Shown: piece after piece, positions 35,492-48,100 of the stretch
How positions within the stretch are numbered: position 1 is the first letter of the stretch
Layout: each line of letters begins with the position of its first letter
DNA from: Raillietiella orientalis
Lineage: Eukaryota
DNA: 64,000 nt
Assembly (NCBI GenBank): GCA_036172245.1
Contig: JAYWIR010000015.1
Span: forward strand, 2,418,001 to 2,482,000
Direction of reading: 5' to 3'
Translations under genes and position numbers: made by a program
The notes under the pieces: model-generated
The model's database searches: none
What the model was told of the DNA's origin: nothing
Seen by the model: only the letters and a program-made list of their open reading frames with translations

Positions 35492-37970
35492 TCAGTTATT
35501 TCCTCTCTGCGTGTGTGAAGCCGCCGCGGAAGTCGCGAGAAAAATGGCGGCGTCCGAATCGCTCCCGCCCTCTCCCGAAGAGCAGGTGAATCACCTGCTC
35601 ACGAAAAGGGGGGGAGCCTCCTACTGCTTCTTCGAAGGATGAACGCAAGAGTGGCAGAGGGTAGCAGAGAGGTCGAAGCGACATATTACGTCCTGGAGAG
35701 TCAAGAGTCTCCCGCTTTGGCCACTTTGGGCTTCCCTTCTGGCCAGATAGGAGGGAAGTGCCGATGGCGCTCCACTACCCAGTAAGAGGAAGAAGGAAGG
35801 AGCTAAGGAGCTCTCTGTTGCATTTTCAGCTGCTTTGCCTGGGTTCGACCCACCCGACCCCGGGGGACGTGTGAAGGAGGCGCTGTTTGCTGATTTTCGG
35901 ATTCCCCGACTAAGCACGCGCGCTCTCCCTTTCTGAGCGTCGTCCCCGCCGGAAAAGAAGGCGCCCGCGAGGAGGAAAGAGGGGTTCCACGTCGGAAAGG
36001 GAAGGGGGAGGAAGAAGAGGAGGTTAGGAGAAGGGAGAAACAGCAGAAGGGGCGCTCGAAACTTGGCATCGTTAGGGGTCGTCTCCTGGAAGCTCCATCA
36101 GCAGCAGCAACAGCAGCAGCTTCGTCCGTCTGTCAGAGACCTCAGCAATCGGTGGCACGGAAAAGAGGGGAAAAGGGAGACACCAAGAAGCAAAGATTGA
36201 AAAGCGGAAGAGGAAGGAGAGAGCATCCTGGAGAGAAACGCTGGGGGAGGCGTTGGCTGTTCTTTGCGCCCCAGGAAACAGTCCGCGTGGCAGGAGAGAG
36301 CGCTCACCCTTCCAGAGACGCCCACAAATCGGGACGGCTCCCTCATGATGATCCCTTCCCTACCTCCTACCCACAGGACACTTAGGGTAGCGCCTGAAAC
36401 ATTGATGAGCTCCGATGGCTGAGGACAGCGGCATCCGCGAAAAGAGGACAGCGGGTTGCGGCCTCCCAGACCGAAGGTGCGTGCGCGCGCGCCATCCGAT
36501 TTGGACCCCTCGTGGCGATTTATGATTCGGGCCTCCTGAAAAATGCGGGAGGAACAGTACTTTGGGGGGAGCGAAGAGAAGACCGCGCGCACAGTCGTGT
36601 TTTCAAGGGAGGGGGAGGCTCCGGGCTCCCCAGAGAGAGATCGCGTGCCAGTCTCGCGGTCCCCAGATCAATCAATCTTTCCCCTCCCCTTCACCCCATC
36701 CCCCATCCCCCGATCCACCTGGTCAAACACCCTTCGCCGAGCTGGGGAGAAGAGGCAGACAAAGAGGAACCCGTTGGCAAGGATCAGGAAGGCCTGGTGA
36801 CTTCCCGTGCGCGACAGCGGAACAGCGACAGACAAAACAAAGCAAAAAAAAAAAGGTCTTCTCCTCGAAGGAAAGTGCATGAGGAGGGGGAAGGGGAAGC
36901 AGTGAGGAGGAGACTCGAGATGGTGACAGATGAAAGATGACCGTCGTCGTCCTAGGCTTATTCCCCGCAGACATAAAAGGTACTCCTCCTCCTACTGCTG
37001 CTGATGCTGCTGCTACGCCGACCAATGCGTGAAGACGAGAGCGCATCGAGCCAAGTTGCGTCGCAGGCACCGTCTGAGAACTGGACCACCGGACATCGCG
37101 GAGAAGTGGAGGGAGCGGGGAAGAAGAGAACCGCCCTCCCAAATCACCCCACCCCACTCCCACAAAGAGTGAAACACACAGAAAAACAAAAACGCCAAGA
37201 GCACCTATCCACCTTTGGACTCCTCTGCTGGTGCGGGGCCCCTTTCCGGGTTTTCGTGGAACGAGGGAGAACCTCTCCTTCCCACTTCCCTGCTGGTTCC
37301 CATTAGCACTGGAGTGGAAGGACGCCATCTCTCCACCCGCACCTCAGATGGACGTCACTCAGCTGCAGAAGAGGCATGCGATTGCCTTGCAAGCAGTGGA
37401 CGCGTGCAAAGTCCGAAGGTGGCTCGAAATCCCGAAAGCAGGAAGAAGTCTTCCTGCAACCCTGAGGCACGGAGAGCGAAGGACAGGATGCAGAGACCGC
37501 GGGGAGCAAGCTGAGAATCCCAAAGTCCCTCCCATCCCCACCTTCATGGAATCCTGTCCATCACGCAGGATTCCGTTCCGAACACGCAGATGCGGCCCAC
37601 GGGATACCTCAGGCATCTTGGATGCTCATCTTTGCTCACGGCCTGACTTTTTAATGCGCACGACTCTGGAGGGAAAAGGGGTCTTCGTCCTCTCCTGGAA
37701 GTTCCACTCCCTCGCTTTCGCGTCTACAGTATCAGAGCTCCGGTACCCCTCCGGAGCTTCCCTTCATGGACCTCATTGGGGTTTCTCAGGAAAAGGAAAA
37801 AGAAACAAAACTCGCTCGGGAACTCCTCGCAATAGCGAACACCCCTGCTCCTCATTTCAGCCTCACTTATCCTCCCTGCTTGTTATTATGCCTTGATGCA
37901 TCTCCGTGATTTCTACTTCTGCCGTTTTCGCATGGAAGCGATCATGGCCTTTCCCCTCCTCCTCCCACTG

Positions 37971-38184
37971 CAATGGGAACTTCCCACACGCCTTTGTTCC
38001 CCTCGTTTCCCTGCACGAGAAACCGCTTCCTCCGAACTTCCGCCAAGGAGGAGCCGGCAGCTCCTGAAAGACGCCTGCAAACGTTTCCTGGTGGAGGGAT
38101 CGATTATCTGTGGCGCGCCTCGCATCGCCATAGCGAAAAGTCAGCTACGCAGAGCCACCTGCATTCGGGTTTTCGAGCCATCGT
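37971..38184 (+). repeat. Inverted repeat, left arm (~214 bp)
   Basis: caatgggaacttcccacacgcc...gcattcgggttttcgagccatcgt is the reverse complement of 39700-39907. Confidence 0.92.
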
Positions 38185-39699
38185 CATCCTCCTGGCAGTT
38201 TTCTCGCCGTTGTCCGGCGACGCGGTGGCTCCGTTCTCTCTGTTTCTTCCATTCCGCGCACGGCCGGTGGAGCAGCCGAGGTTCTTCCTCGCCTTCCACG
38301 CTTCGAGCAGCGCGAGAGACAATAAAGAGGTTGTGGGCCGTTCCTTCCCTGTCCAGGGAGAGGGAAGAAGGATGGATCGCCTCCCGGCGCATCAGCTCGT
38401 AGACGATGTGAGGAGTGAACACGTCGAGCCAACAGAATGAGCCGGCAGTGGACCATCGTAAAAAGGATTACGTCGAAAGCTCCGTGGTTTTTACACCCGG
38501 CTGCGCTGGGGAGTTTATTTATAAAATGAACAAACAAGTCGGTAGTAGGGCGCTTGGTCCTGCCACGTTACAAATGATACAAAATCTGCCAGGAACTAGA
38601 ACGCACACCATCGGGGTTCGCTTCGGCAGCACTGGAGAAAGGGTGACAAAAAAAAAAGAATAGGCCAAAAAAAAAGTAGTCAAAAAATGAGGATGGGAGG
38701 GAGGGATCACTGTGTGCTGGAGGGCGTCCTCTGCATCCTTGTAAGGATGCCGGCAAGTTCCTGTTTCAAGATTCCCAGATTGGGCATCTTGACGCAGTTC
38801 TCATGAAGAGGACAGCAAAATAGATGGCGTCCCTGTCGTCCTGACCTCTGGCGTTGAGCCATGCAGCCACGATCCTGGGTAGGCAGCAAAGTGCTGCTAG
38901 GGATGCGACCAGCATGAAGGCGTAGCGCTGGAAGAGGCACTTCAGAATGTCTCTGGGGTTGCCCTTGGGGTTCAGCAGAGATGCAACAAAGCATTCCCAC
39001 AGGGGACGGAAGCGAAGGGCAACACAATCATGGGCAGGTGCAGGAGAGATTCTCTTTCGCCTCACTTGCTGCAGTTGGGGCTTACACTCCCTCGAGTCCA
39101 ATGGCATCGGCGGGCGTTGCACGGGAGGCCCCAATGCAACAGAAGGATCGCCGGCTCCTGCCACTTTAGGGGGAAGATAGTACTGTTCCAGCACATGGGG
39201 AACCACTTTACCTCCTTCGGAGGAATTTGTAGGAGCTCTCCCCAGAGCAGCAGACCCTCTGGAGGGACACTCGGGATGTCAGCGTCTGTTAGCTCCCGAG
39301 TTGTTGACGTACTTCAATGTTTTTTCCTGCTGTTAATGATGCACGTCTCTTCCCACTCTGCCGCAAGGTTGCTGCCTCTAGCTTGCCGTGGTCAGCATCA
39401 GCGACCTTCTGGCAGCACTCCCTGGAGACTCGTAGGTGATGGGGGGGAAATAGAGCGATCATCTGGCCTTGGCTCTCCAAGCCGCTGGGAAAGAGGTCGC
39501 GTGAGAAGCAACGACTTGGTTCCAGGGTTCCGAACGCCCACTCGATCTGCTCGGATGCTCGGAATGCATCGTAGTCTTCTGAGACTCCTGTCGGAACGGA
39601 TTTATGTAACGCAGATCGCGTAGGTCTTGCTATGAGGTGGGCGACGGCAGATGGCAAGCGAGCGGGGAAGAGGAAGAGGTAGAGGGGATGGCGGAGGGA

Positions 39700-39907
39700 A
39701 CGATGGCTCGAAAACCCGAATGCAAGTGATGCGACTTTTCGGCATGGCGCTGCGAGGCGCGCCCCAAATAATCGATCCCTCCACCAGAAAACGTTCGCAG
39801 GCGTCTTGCAGAGCTACCGCTGCCGGCTCGCTTGACGGAAGCTCGGAAGAAGCGGTTTCTCGCGCAGGGTGACGAGGGAAACCAAGGCGTGTGGGAAGTT
39901 CCCATTG
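39700..39907 (-). repeat. Inverted repeat, right arm (~208 bp)
   Basis: acgatggctcgaaaacccgaatgc...ggcgtgtgggaagttcccattg is the reverse complement of 37971-38184. Confidence 0.92.
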
Positions 39908-42900
39908 GAGGAGAAGAGGAAGAGGAGGTGAGGTAGAGTCGGGCGAAAGTCTGCCGTTTTCTGCAACGCGCCCCCTCTAAACAGGACGAGGAATTCGGGA
40001 GACGAAGGTGCCTGGCAAGGGTGTCGGCGAGACGGAGTCGAAGATCCGCGTCTGCTGATGGCACCGAAGGAGCTTTCAGGACAGAGACAGCAGCTTGGAT
40101 GCTCGAGGCTGCGTTTCTTCTGCTCGGTGCGTTTATGGAGTTGCTAGGTCCAAATGGCCTCGGCGAAGAGTAGCTCAGCTGGAAGTCCGTACGAAGATGT
40201 TGCCAAGTGATCCCTCTACTCGTCGGTGAACGGAGCGCTTCGACGACGCCGATTCGCTCAAGTCTCCGTCCAATGATGAGTGCCAACTGCCAATCATAGG
40301 TATCGGTCTTCAGTGACCTGGGATGAAGCCAATGATCGCTCTCTGTTTAGAACCGGACACTTCATCTGCTAGAGGATATGGTGGCTCGTGAGACATCGGA
40401 GGTTCGAAACCGATGATCTGGTAACGAACCAGCAAAGAGTTATACAGACTGAATCTCCACTTCAACGGAAGGGCATCTCTTCTCAATGGCCGGAGAACCA
40501 GCATCAGCCTTTTCTGTGTACTTTTCCATAAAACATTCTTCCCCTCTAAATCCCGCTTTTTTTTCTTTTTTCTATTCCGGTCAAGTACTTATACGTTGCC
40601 GCTACAGTACTGTTCCCCTAAGGCATATCTGAAAATTCCTTGCAAATGGATGCTGGACCTATCCGGGGTCTCCGTGGTTCCTTGTCTTACAATTTGTTCT
40701 GTGGAACCAGGAAAGGATTTTAGCCACTCTCAGCTTGGGTAGGATCGTTTTCCATCCAGCCCTAGATGACGTCATGCGCGAGCGTTTTAAATGGAATGCA
40801 TATAGATTGCGAAACCACAAAGAGTTTCTTTTTCCCCCTGGGTCGAAACTCCACAGGGAACCGGCAGCTTTGCGAAGAGAATCATGAAATCCAAACCGAG
40901 GGGCTTCGCGGCCAGCATCCCTGTCTGAATTTTCTCCAGAAAGAAGGATTCTGTCCGGAAACTTGACATTTACCCGAAGAGCTGCCTCCTCAGGCTCCCA
41001 GCGTAAACGAAACGCCTCGACTGCTTTGGAGAGCAGAATTGCCCGGAGAACTGTTTTGCCATTGGACCACGCCATTCAGCCTTTGATTGAATCCTTTCCC
41101 ACGAAGAAGTTTTTTTGGTAGAAATGAGGATACACGATCAATTTCCTGCGATTTTGCACACATGACATTATCAAGATTCAATCTTGTAACCTTGATTTTT
41201 TTTGGAGAAAAAAAAACCCACGCTCATAGCCTTCTCTGTCCAAATCGAATCCATCCATTCGGCATCCCTGGATTCATCTACCATCTACAAAGAGACTTCC
41301 TGAAGTTTCTGATCATGGAAACTCATCACAAAACGCAATGCTCATCCAACTGCTAACCAGATTGCGAATAATGAAAACGAAACATCATTTCTGATATTGA
41401 TTTTGACTCCGGGAAATTGCCAAGTTCACATCCGGATGGATAAATCGGCGAATGATTGGACATTCTTCTGATTTCTTTCTTTCTTTTGTGAGATGGCGAT
41501 GCAGATTTAATGGAAGTTTGGACGGGCAAGAAGCCCTCGCTTACGCTCCTAAGAAGCATGCAGAATCACATTAGCAGTTGTCGGCACTGAAATTAAACGC
41601 AAGAACCAACAGACCAAGGAAAAAACATGAACTTTGTAGCTAGGGCTCTACGGACTCGGAATCTCTTCGTGATGAAAAGGGGAAACTCCCCATTCCATGA
41701 ATTTTACATAAATACGACACAGCGTTTCCTAACCCGCAGACGTACACGACGCACTCCGTCCTCTAATGCGTGTATGCACTAACGAGGATGATATCCTTAG
41801 GATCGCAATCATGATGTCCCCCCACAGGTGAAATACCGAAGCGAAAATTACATCAGTCGAAACTCGGTGACCCTTTTTTTCATTGCTCGGAACTCTCTTC
41901 ATTGTCTGCTTTAGTGCCTCGCCTTCGCCATCCTTTCTACGCAGGTATCTCAAGGTCACTCTATTGAAAGTAATAATACATACTCCATAGAGTAATACAT
42001 TTCAACTAGTTTTTAGACAGTGCAGGCATCAAAATTTGCTTGTATCACTACTTATCGACGTACAGAATGTGCCTGCAAAGGGGTGCGGCACCAGATTTCT
42101 CATTTTTTGGTCAAGGTTCGAGGACCGCAGTTTCCTAATCACGGCAGATGGAACCCGCATTCGCAAATAAGCGCAGGGATCCGCCCCAAAATGGAGACTC
42201 AAATAACTGAACTGACTGCAGGTGACATTGGTAGCACACGAAACTAACAGTATATTAGCACGGAGATCAAGAAACCTGCTGCTCACGATTGAAGAGGTAG
42301 AACGAGTACTGCTCCATATACTGTGTATTCTTAAGGGCACTGGGAGCTGAGAACAAGTCAAAACACACCAGCAAAGCAAGATGGGAGATTTTGAATTTTG
42401 ATTCTGTATGAGAAGTTCTGGGTGGACCAAGGGCGCAAGCCAAAAATGACCACCTGTTCACCTGGTCTCAATAAATGACCTGTTGAAAGTTGCTTTCACT
42501 GGAATAAGGAAAAGCAATTCTGTTGAGATGAAGTCTGTCCCTCGGTTTCGCTTCAGCAAAACGTAGAGTGGGCTAGCAAGCTAAAGTCGTGCTTTCCCTT
42601 TATCAATGAGACGTCGCAAAAGGAGAGTGTTTTTGGAATGTGGATTTTACTCAGTATCCTTCCGCTCTTGTAGTTCATGTTGATGTCTCAAGAAAACATG
42701 TTCTAAGGGTCAGTAGAAAATCACGCCTCTCCCTCCAGGACGTAATAGAAACACGAAGCACCGAAACTTAGTCCCGAAGCACATTAAGGAAGCCGCAACG
42801 TTGGCAAAGTAAAATCAAAGATATACAAGTTCGAGGTATCATTTGCTGCTACTGAGTTGGAGCTGGTCACTATTTAAACAAAGGGCACAGGGATTCCATG

Positions 42901-44907
42901 AAAACTGTAGTTGTATACTGTATATTCTTAAGGGATATTCTGCTGTATACAGTATGTTTTCCTGTAGTTGTCTCTAGGGCCATTTCAGGGATCAAAAGCT
43001 TTCCTTTGAGACAGCCTAAATGGAGTTCTTAACTGTGCTGCTAATATGAACAGTCGACAGAAAGCGGAAGCGATATGGGTGACTACAAACTGTTGTGATC
43101 AATATATAAACAACAAAAACTTCTTTGCAAAAATATCGAAATAACGTTTCTAGCCTTTCTAGTTCTTGAAATGTTTCTGCATTCCATTCGCATGTACCAA
43201 ACAGCAGTAGCACTGCAAAGCAAAAAGAAAAACAAAAATCTAGAGTAATAACGAAGACTAAGAGAGAAAAAAAAAAAAAAGATTGGAACCTGACTTAGCT
43301 AAAGATTGCACCTTTGGCTGCTACACTGTCCAAGAGAACACGACAGTATTCGGTCAAGCAAGCTACTCTGGAATACAATCAGTTGATACAATTTGTAATC
43401 GGAACGTGTCCATCTGTGGCTGTTGGTACCGGCAAGCCAGTCCGAATGAACACGAGATGGAATTGAGATACAATCAGGCCAGCAACTACATGAGTTCCGT
43501 AGTACTCAAGGGACAAGGAAATGAAATCGAAAATGAAATTCGAAAGCACACTGTTGATAGATTCAATGGAGGGAAAGCGAGAAAGCACTTGACACAAGAA
43601 CTAGGACACTCACAGCGAATAAGGTGTCTTCCTGGGATGGAAAACAATGAGCGCACAGAACTGTAATTCAGTACCCCGGAGGAATCGTGCCACAGTGAAT
43701 TCCTACATAAGACGTGACGCAAAGGTCACGGAAAATGGAAGGGAAGACAATCTCTAAAGCTACTAAGATGGGAAAGTGTATGACAAGAAACAGAGGATAA
43801 TTTCTCAAAGAAAGCAATTAGAAAAACAGAAGTGTTCCTTCCTTTCTCGAATTTGTTGCACTGACTGTTTGGTACTGCCCCTGAACCACAGGGTTACGAT
43901 TCGAATGGCCACTCTGCTTTACCTGACTTATGAACATTACTGTTTGTTGCGACAGGCTGGTCCCTTCATGGAATGATTTCAGGATAGCCAGGGTAACCTG
44001 GACATCGCTTGGTACAATGCAGATAGAAAGGCATTCTGGAGGCCGCTGGTTCGAACTACGACACCGCAGTCGCCGATCTTTCTATGGGCTACGTTTGTCG
44101 CTGAAACTCAAAACGAGCACCTTCGTAGAAGGGATTTCTTAATCATCCTTAGATGCGCCAGTCAAAGTAAAGTCATCTCTTCGTCCCTGGTATGATAGCC
44201 ATCGATGTACCTCCATTTGAACTAACCATTCCATTCCTCTAACGCTTCTTGTCGGGAAATTCATTCTGTGCTGGTTCCCTCAAAGCTGCGCATGGAATCC
44301 CTCCCGAACATCAGGTCTGGTTTCGTGTTCGCGGCAGCTATCGCCGAACCTTGAAAATCGAAGGCGTGAAAAAAATGTGTCCTTCGGGACTAAACGCCGT
44401 CTCTTTCTGGAAGACTGAAAACGGAGCGGCTTACATTCATTACAAAACAACCACTGGACTTGTAGGAGCTCAGTGGGTCCACCACTTTCAGCTGCACGTG
44501 TGCTAAGGTAATGCGCAATGTACGAAGGCATAACCGGAAAATGCCCCTGCTCATCAGCAGAGGCTTTAAATACTTTGTTCCCTTCTTTTAGGTGTGTATT
44601 TTTCGGGCGAAATGACCCGGGGAATTGTTCCAACTATTCCAGCTTCCAAATGTTTCCATTTTTTTTTTTTTTTTTTTTTCTAAAGTACGCGGAGAGTAAA
44701 GGGCCTGCAACATTCTTCTTCTTCAAGTGATAGCCGGTAAAATAACCTCCACCAATAAAGCGAGTACTGCAAACTTTCCGGACTCGTGCGGAGTTGAGAT
44801 GATTTTTTTTTCTTTTCATTAAGGAAATTCAAATGCAAATTTGAAACCTCCCGTAAATGTAAACGTGTATTTCACAAAAGGTTTCCAACGTTGCGCTAAT
44901 TGATAAG

Positions 44908-45115
44908 CTAATGATAATGGCGGATGTTGCGGCGATATTCGAGTTCCTTGGGATTCGCATGGACCCAGTATTCGTCTAGGGTGGGCTTGAAGAAATAGTC
45001 TTTCGGCAAGCTCTTATATATTTTTTCTCCTTGCCACATTCCAAACTCCCAATTTGGATCATCAGCCATTAATTTTTCTTCTGCAGCCTTATTCTTTTTC
45101 AACTGTTTAAGGAAT
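44908..45115 (-). CDS. NDUFA13: NDUFA13 exon 4 (to stop)
   Basis: Acceptor tcttgtag|; FLKQLKKNKAAEEKLMADDPNWEFGMWQGE...RHYH then TAG. Confidence 0.93.
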
Positions 45116-48100
45116 CTACAAGATCGATAAGGGCATTGCAAAAAATTACCACCACCGAAATTACACAGGGAACAATTTTTTTTTTTTTAAAAAAAAAAGG
45201 AAAAAAAACGACAACAGACATGTAGGTGCAAATATGAATTTCACAATCAGGCCTTACCAGGTAATTTACAACAACACATCACGAATACTATCGGTGGGCA
45301 ATACTACGATACGTGGAATCGTGCACTCTCTTCGCCTAAGCTCGCTGTGACAAGGCCTGCACAACTCCCGACAGTCTGGGGTTCATTTGGAACATCTCCA
45401 ACGAACATTTTATTATTACAATAAAAATGACAATTTGTCAAGTTATGATTACTTGTTGGCAAAGTATTCCGGAGAACCCTTGGCAATCTTTCTCCGCAAA
45501 ACTCCCCGAGTCTTGGGATGGGAAAATTATAGCTTTTCACACACAAGACGGAGCAGCACGGTGATCTGCGATAGCACACTTACTGAGATTCCTGTTACAG
45601 CCAAAACGCTTTACTGACATTACTGATTACTGCTGACATACAAATGAATTTGAATGGATGTTTTCCAGGAATACACATGGGATTCCATACACTCCTAACA
45701 TCAAGGAATTCACTGTGGAATTCCATACCTCCTGGAACATCGATGTTGCAAGTATGTGTTCGTATGTACACTACCATAATGATGCTACACGCGCCGTCTG
45801 CTAACATCGCCTACATCACTCTTGACAGATTCTCACACAAAAGAATGTTTTGCAGCTTTCTCCAGTCGTGCACCCTGCATAAAATGAGGCAATCTTTGGA
45901 ATTTTTAGGCAAAAAATACTGGATGCTCCCAAAAGACCCACTAGAAGTTATCCGTATCTTAGGAAATTCCTCTTCTGAAAATCGCAACCAAAAAAAACAC
46001 CAACACCACTCTGTTCCCTCTAAAGATAACGTTTCTTGTATTGCATGGCATAATTAACAAATACATAACATTTTGCAGGAAAACAAATCGTTGAATTTCG
46101 TTTAGCATATCTAATGCATCAGTTATTGTATTTACTGTGAAATCCAAAACCACCTTACATTTTTGATTGGTTCGTGGTTATTATGTTCATTATGTGATGA
46201 TATTGCCTGGTTAAATTACGTAAGTCTTCCCTGTGAATATGAAAAACCTTGAATGTAACAGGATTCATCCTTATCCATCCATCCTTAGGCTTTAAATGCA
46301 TAAAACATTCAAAATATGCACCTGTTCGTAAGATTTTTAACATAATAAAATTAAATTTCGTTCATATATAGATCAAAAGATACTGACGAAACCTTTGAAT
46401 TCACCTCTAAACTGCTAAACATGAATCTCAACGGAGCATAATCTAGTTGGAACACCAATGATGCTATAGCTGACACCACTGTTGAATCATCCCTAAATTT
46501 TTATTTTTTATTTTCCAAGACTCATCTAATTCAAATTCAAAAATTTCAAATTCAAATTCATAATTACACAAAACAACACTCAACAAGAAATACTGAAATT
46601 CCAAAACACTTTTCATAAATAAGCTTGCACAAAGACTAGACATTAAAACATGTACATTAAATAGTCTTAATTCAAATATTTGATTAGAAACATTGAGTAA
46701 ATTAACAAACTATTCTTTGAAGTCAACTTACGCTCTGTCCTCCTCAGCTCTGATTACAGGTAAAACTGCCAACCAGCCACTTGCATTTTCCACTTTATGC
46801 TTCCTTGTAAGTATTAACTTTTAAGTGATAAATGCAGTGAAACACATACTTAATTATCTTGCACTCTTGGTAATAATTCCAAACAGCTGCAGAAGTTATG
46901 ACCACATAGCCCGTAATAAGGTGCCAAGCTAATAAAATAAAGTAATGATAGATACATAGAGATACTCCGTAATTTCAAAAGATGCACTTTTACTAAAATG
47001 CATTTCTCTATTTCTCTATTAACAAGTTCTGTGACGTAATAAAATATGTAGATGGATATACTAACACTGGTCTATATCTTCATATTTTATGGACATAATA
47101 ACCATTAAATTCTTATTTTCAGTAGGTGATACTAAAAATGATTTTCAAAATACATCTGCAAATCTGTGATTATTACAATTTTAAAGTCCTTTCATGCCAA
47201 TGACCTTACAAAACATTCAGAATGTTTGATAACAAACAAATCACAAATGAGAAATTCTGCTATGCAGAAAACTTTTAAATGAAACTGCCACTAATATAAG
47301 GTTAGATTGCTTTACAAGTTGAAGCCACTTAGCACTATTAAACAATTCTGTCACAATAAAAAATATTGAAGGAATACTGCAGCATCACAAGCTGTCATTC
47401 ACATACTTATCTCTTAATGTTACTCGACGATAAAAACACTAAATTCCTTGTAAACTGATTCGACAGTATAAGATGCATGAAATTCCTGCATGACTGAATT
47501 TAAGTTGGCATCACTTCATACACTGATGAAGCCTAAACAATTATGCTTTAAATGAAATTTTCATTCCCATGACTTTGAATGAAAATTTCAATATAAACTA
47601 ATTGTGCCATCGAATTTTGAATTTCTTTTCTTACTGGTCCCTTTCCTTACTGCACTTAACAGTTCTTTCTATCATTTTTTATGGAGCTACATGTACAATT
47701 TATTTTATATTTCAACAAAACCTCAGAAATTGTGAATTTACAAGTAAATGTTCTTGTTTCTGCCAGTAACATTTGTGAAAATTACAAACAAAATTCCTTG
47801 TAGAGAATTATATGCATCATTAAGTCTGATCACTACATTGCTTTGGTATACAAGGATGCAAATCTACTTCAATCAATGCAGTAATCAAACGAATCTTCCA
47901 AATTCAGCACATTAAATGACTTGTCTAGATTCTAATTCAGCACATGGGGTTATTACACAATAACAAACTTCCAATTATTACCTTTCCTACTTATGTCTTC
48001 CAATCTTGGTGCCCACTAAAATTATCAAATTCAATATAATCACAAATGCTTTAAAAAAGATATACTATGAACACCTCATCAAATATTAAATGATTTATGT

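Larger units (their letters stand above)
37918..39961. mobile_element. Putative non-autonomous long-TIR (MULE/foldback-like) element
   Basis: Inverted arms at 37971-38184 and 39700-39907 (63/70 identical over the outer 70 bp, indels further in). A direct 12-mer, TCTGCCGTTTTC, lies at 37918-37929 and 39950-39961, 41 and 42 bp outside the arms. The inverted repeat is certain; the transposon interpretation is inference. Confidence 0.45.

Noticed and set aside
37973..40286. Two similar peptides (MGTSHTP...GGGIDYL) on opposite strands, suggesting a paralogous gene pair
   Set aside because: Fully explained by the DNA inverted repeat, and the peptides resemble no protein I know.
40395..40416. GGTTCGAAAC inside a small CATCGG/CCGATG hairpin (T-arm-like)
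   Set aside because: No properly spaced A-box or other tRNA arms.
43283..44506. ORFs 43283-43666 and 44249-44506 and an open frame after 43983 as a possible + strand gene convergent with NDUFA13
   Set aside because: No recognisable motif, non-ATG starts and no consistent splice chain; AATAAA at 44754 alone is not enough.
45176..45198. T13 followed by A10 (self-complementary) in NDUFA13 intron 3
   Set aside because: Abutting homopolymers are common in AT-rich introns, and nothing else supports a function.
45304..46343. Short ORFs nested in NDUFA13 intron 3
   Set aside because: No recognisable homology or coherent exon structure.
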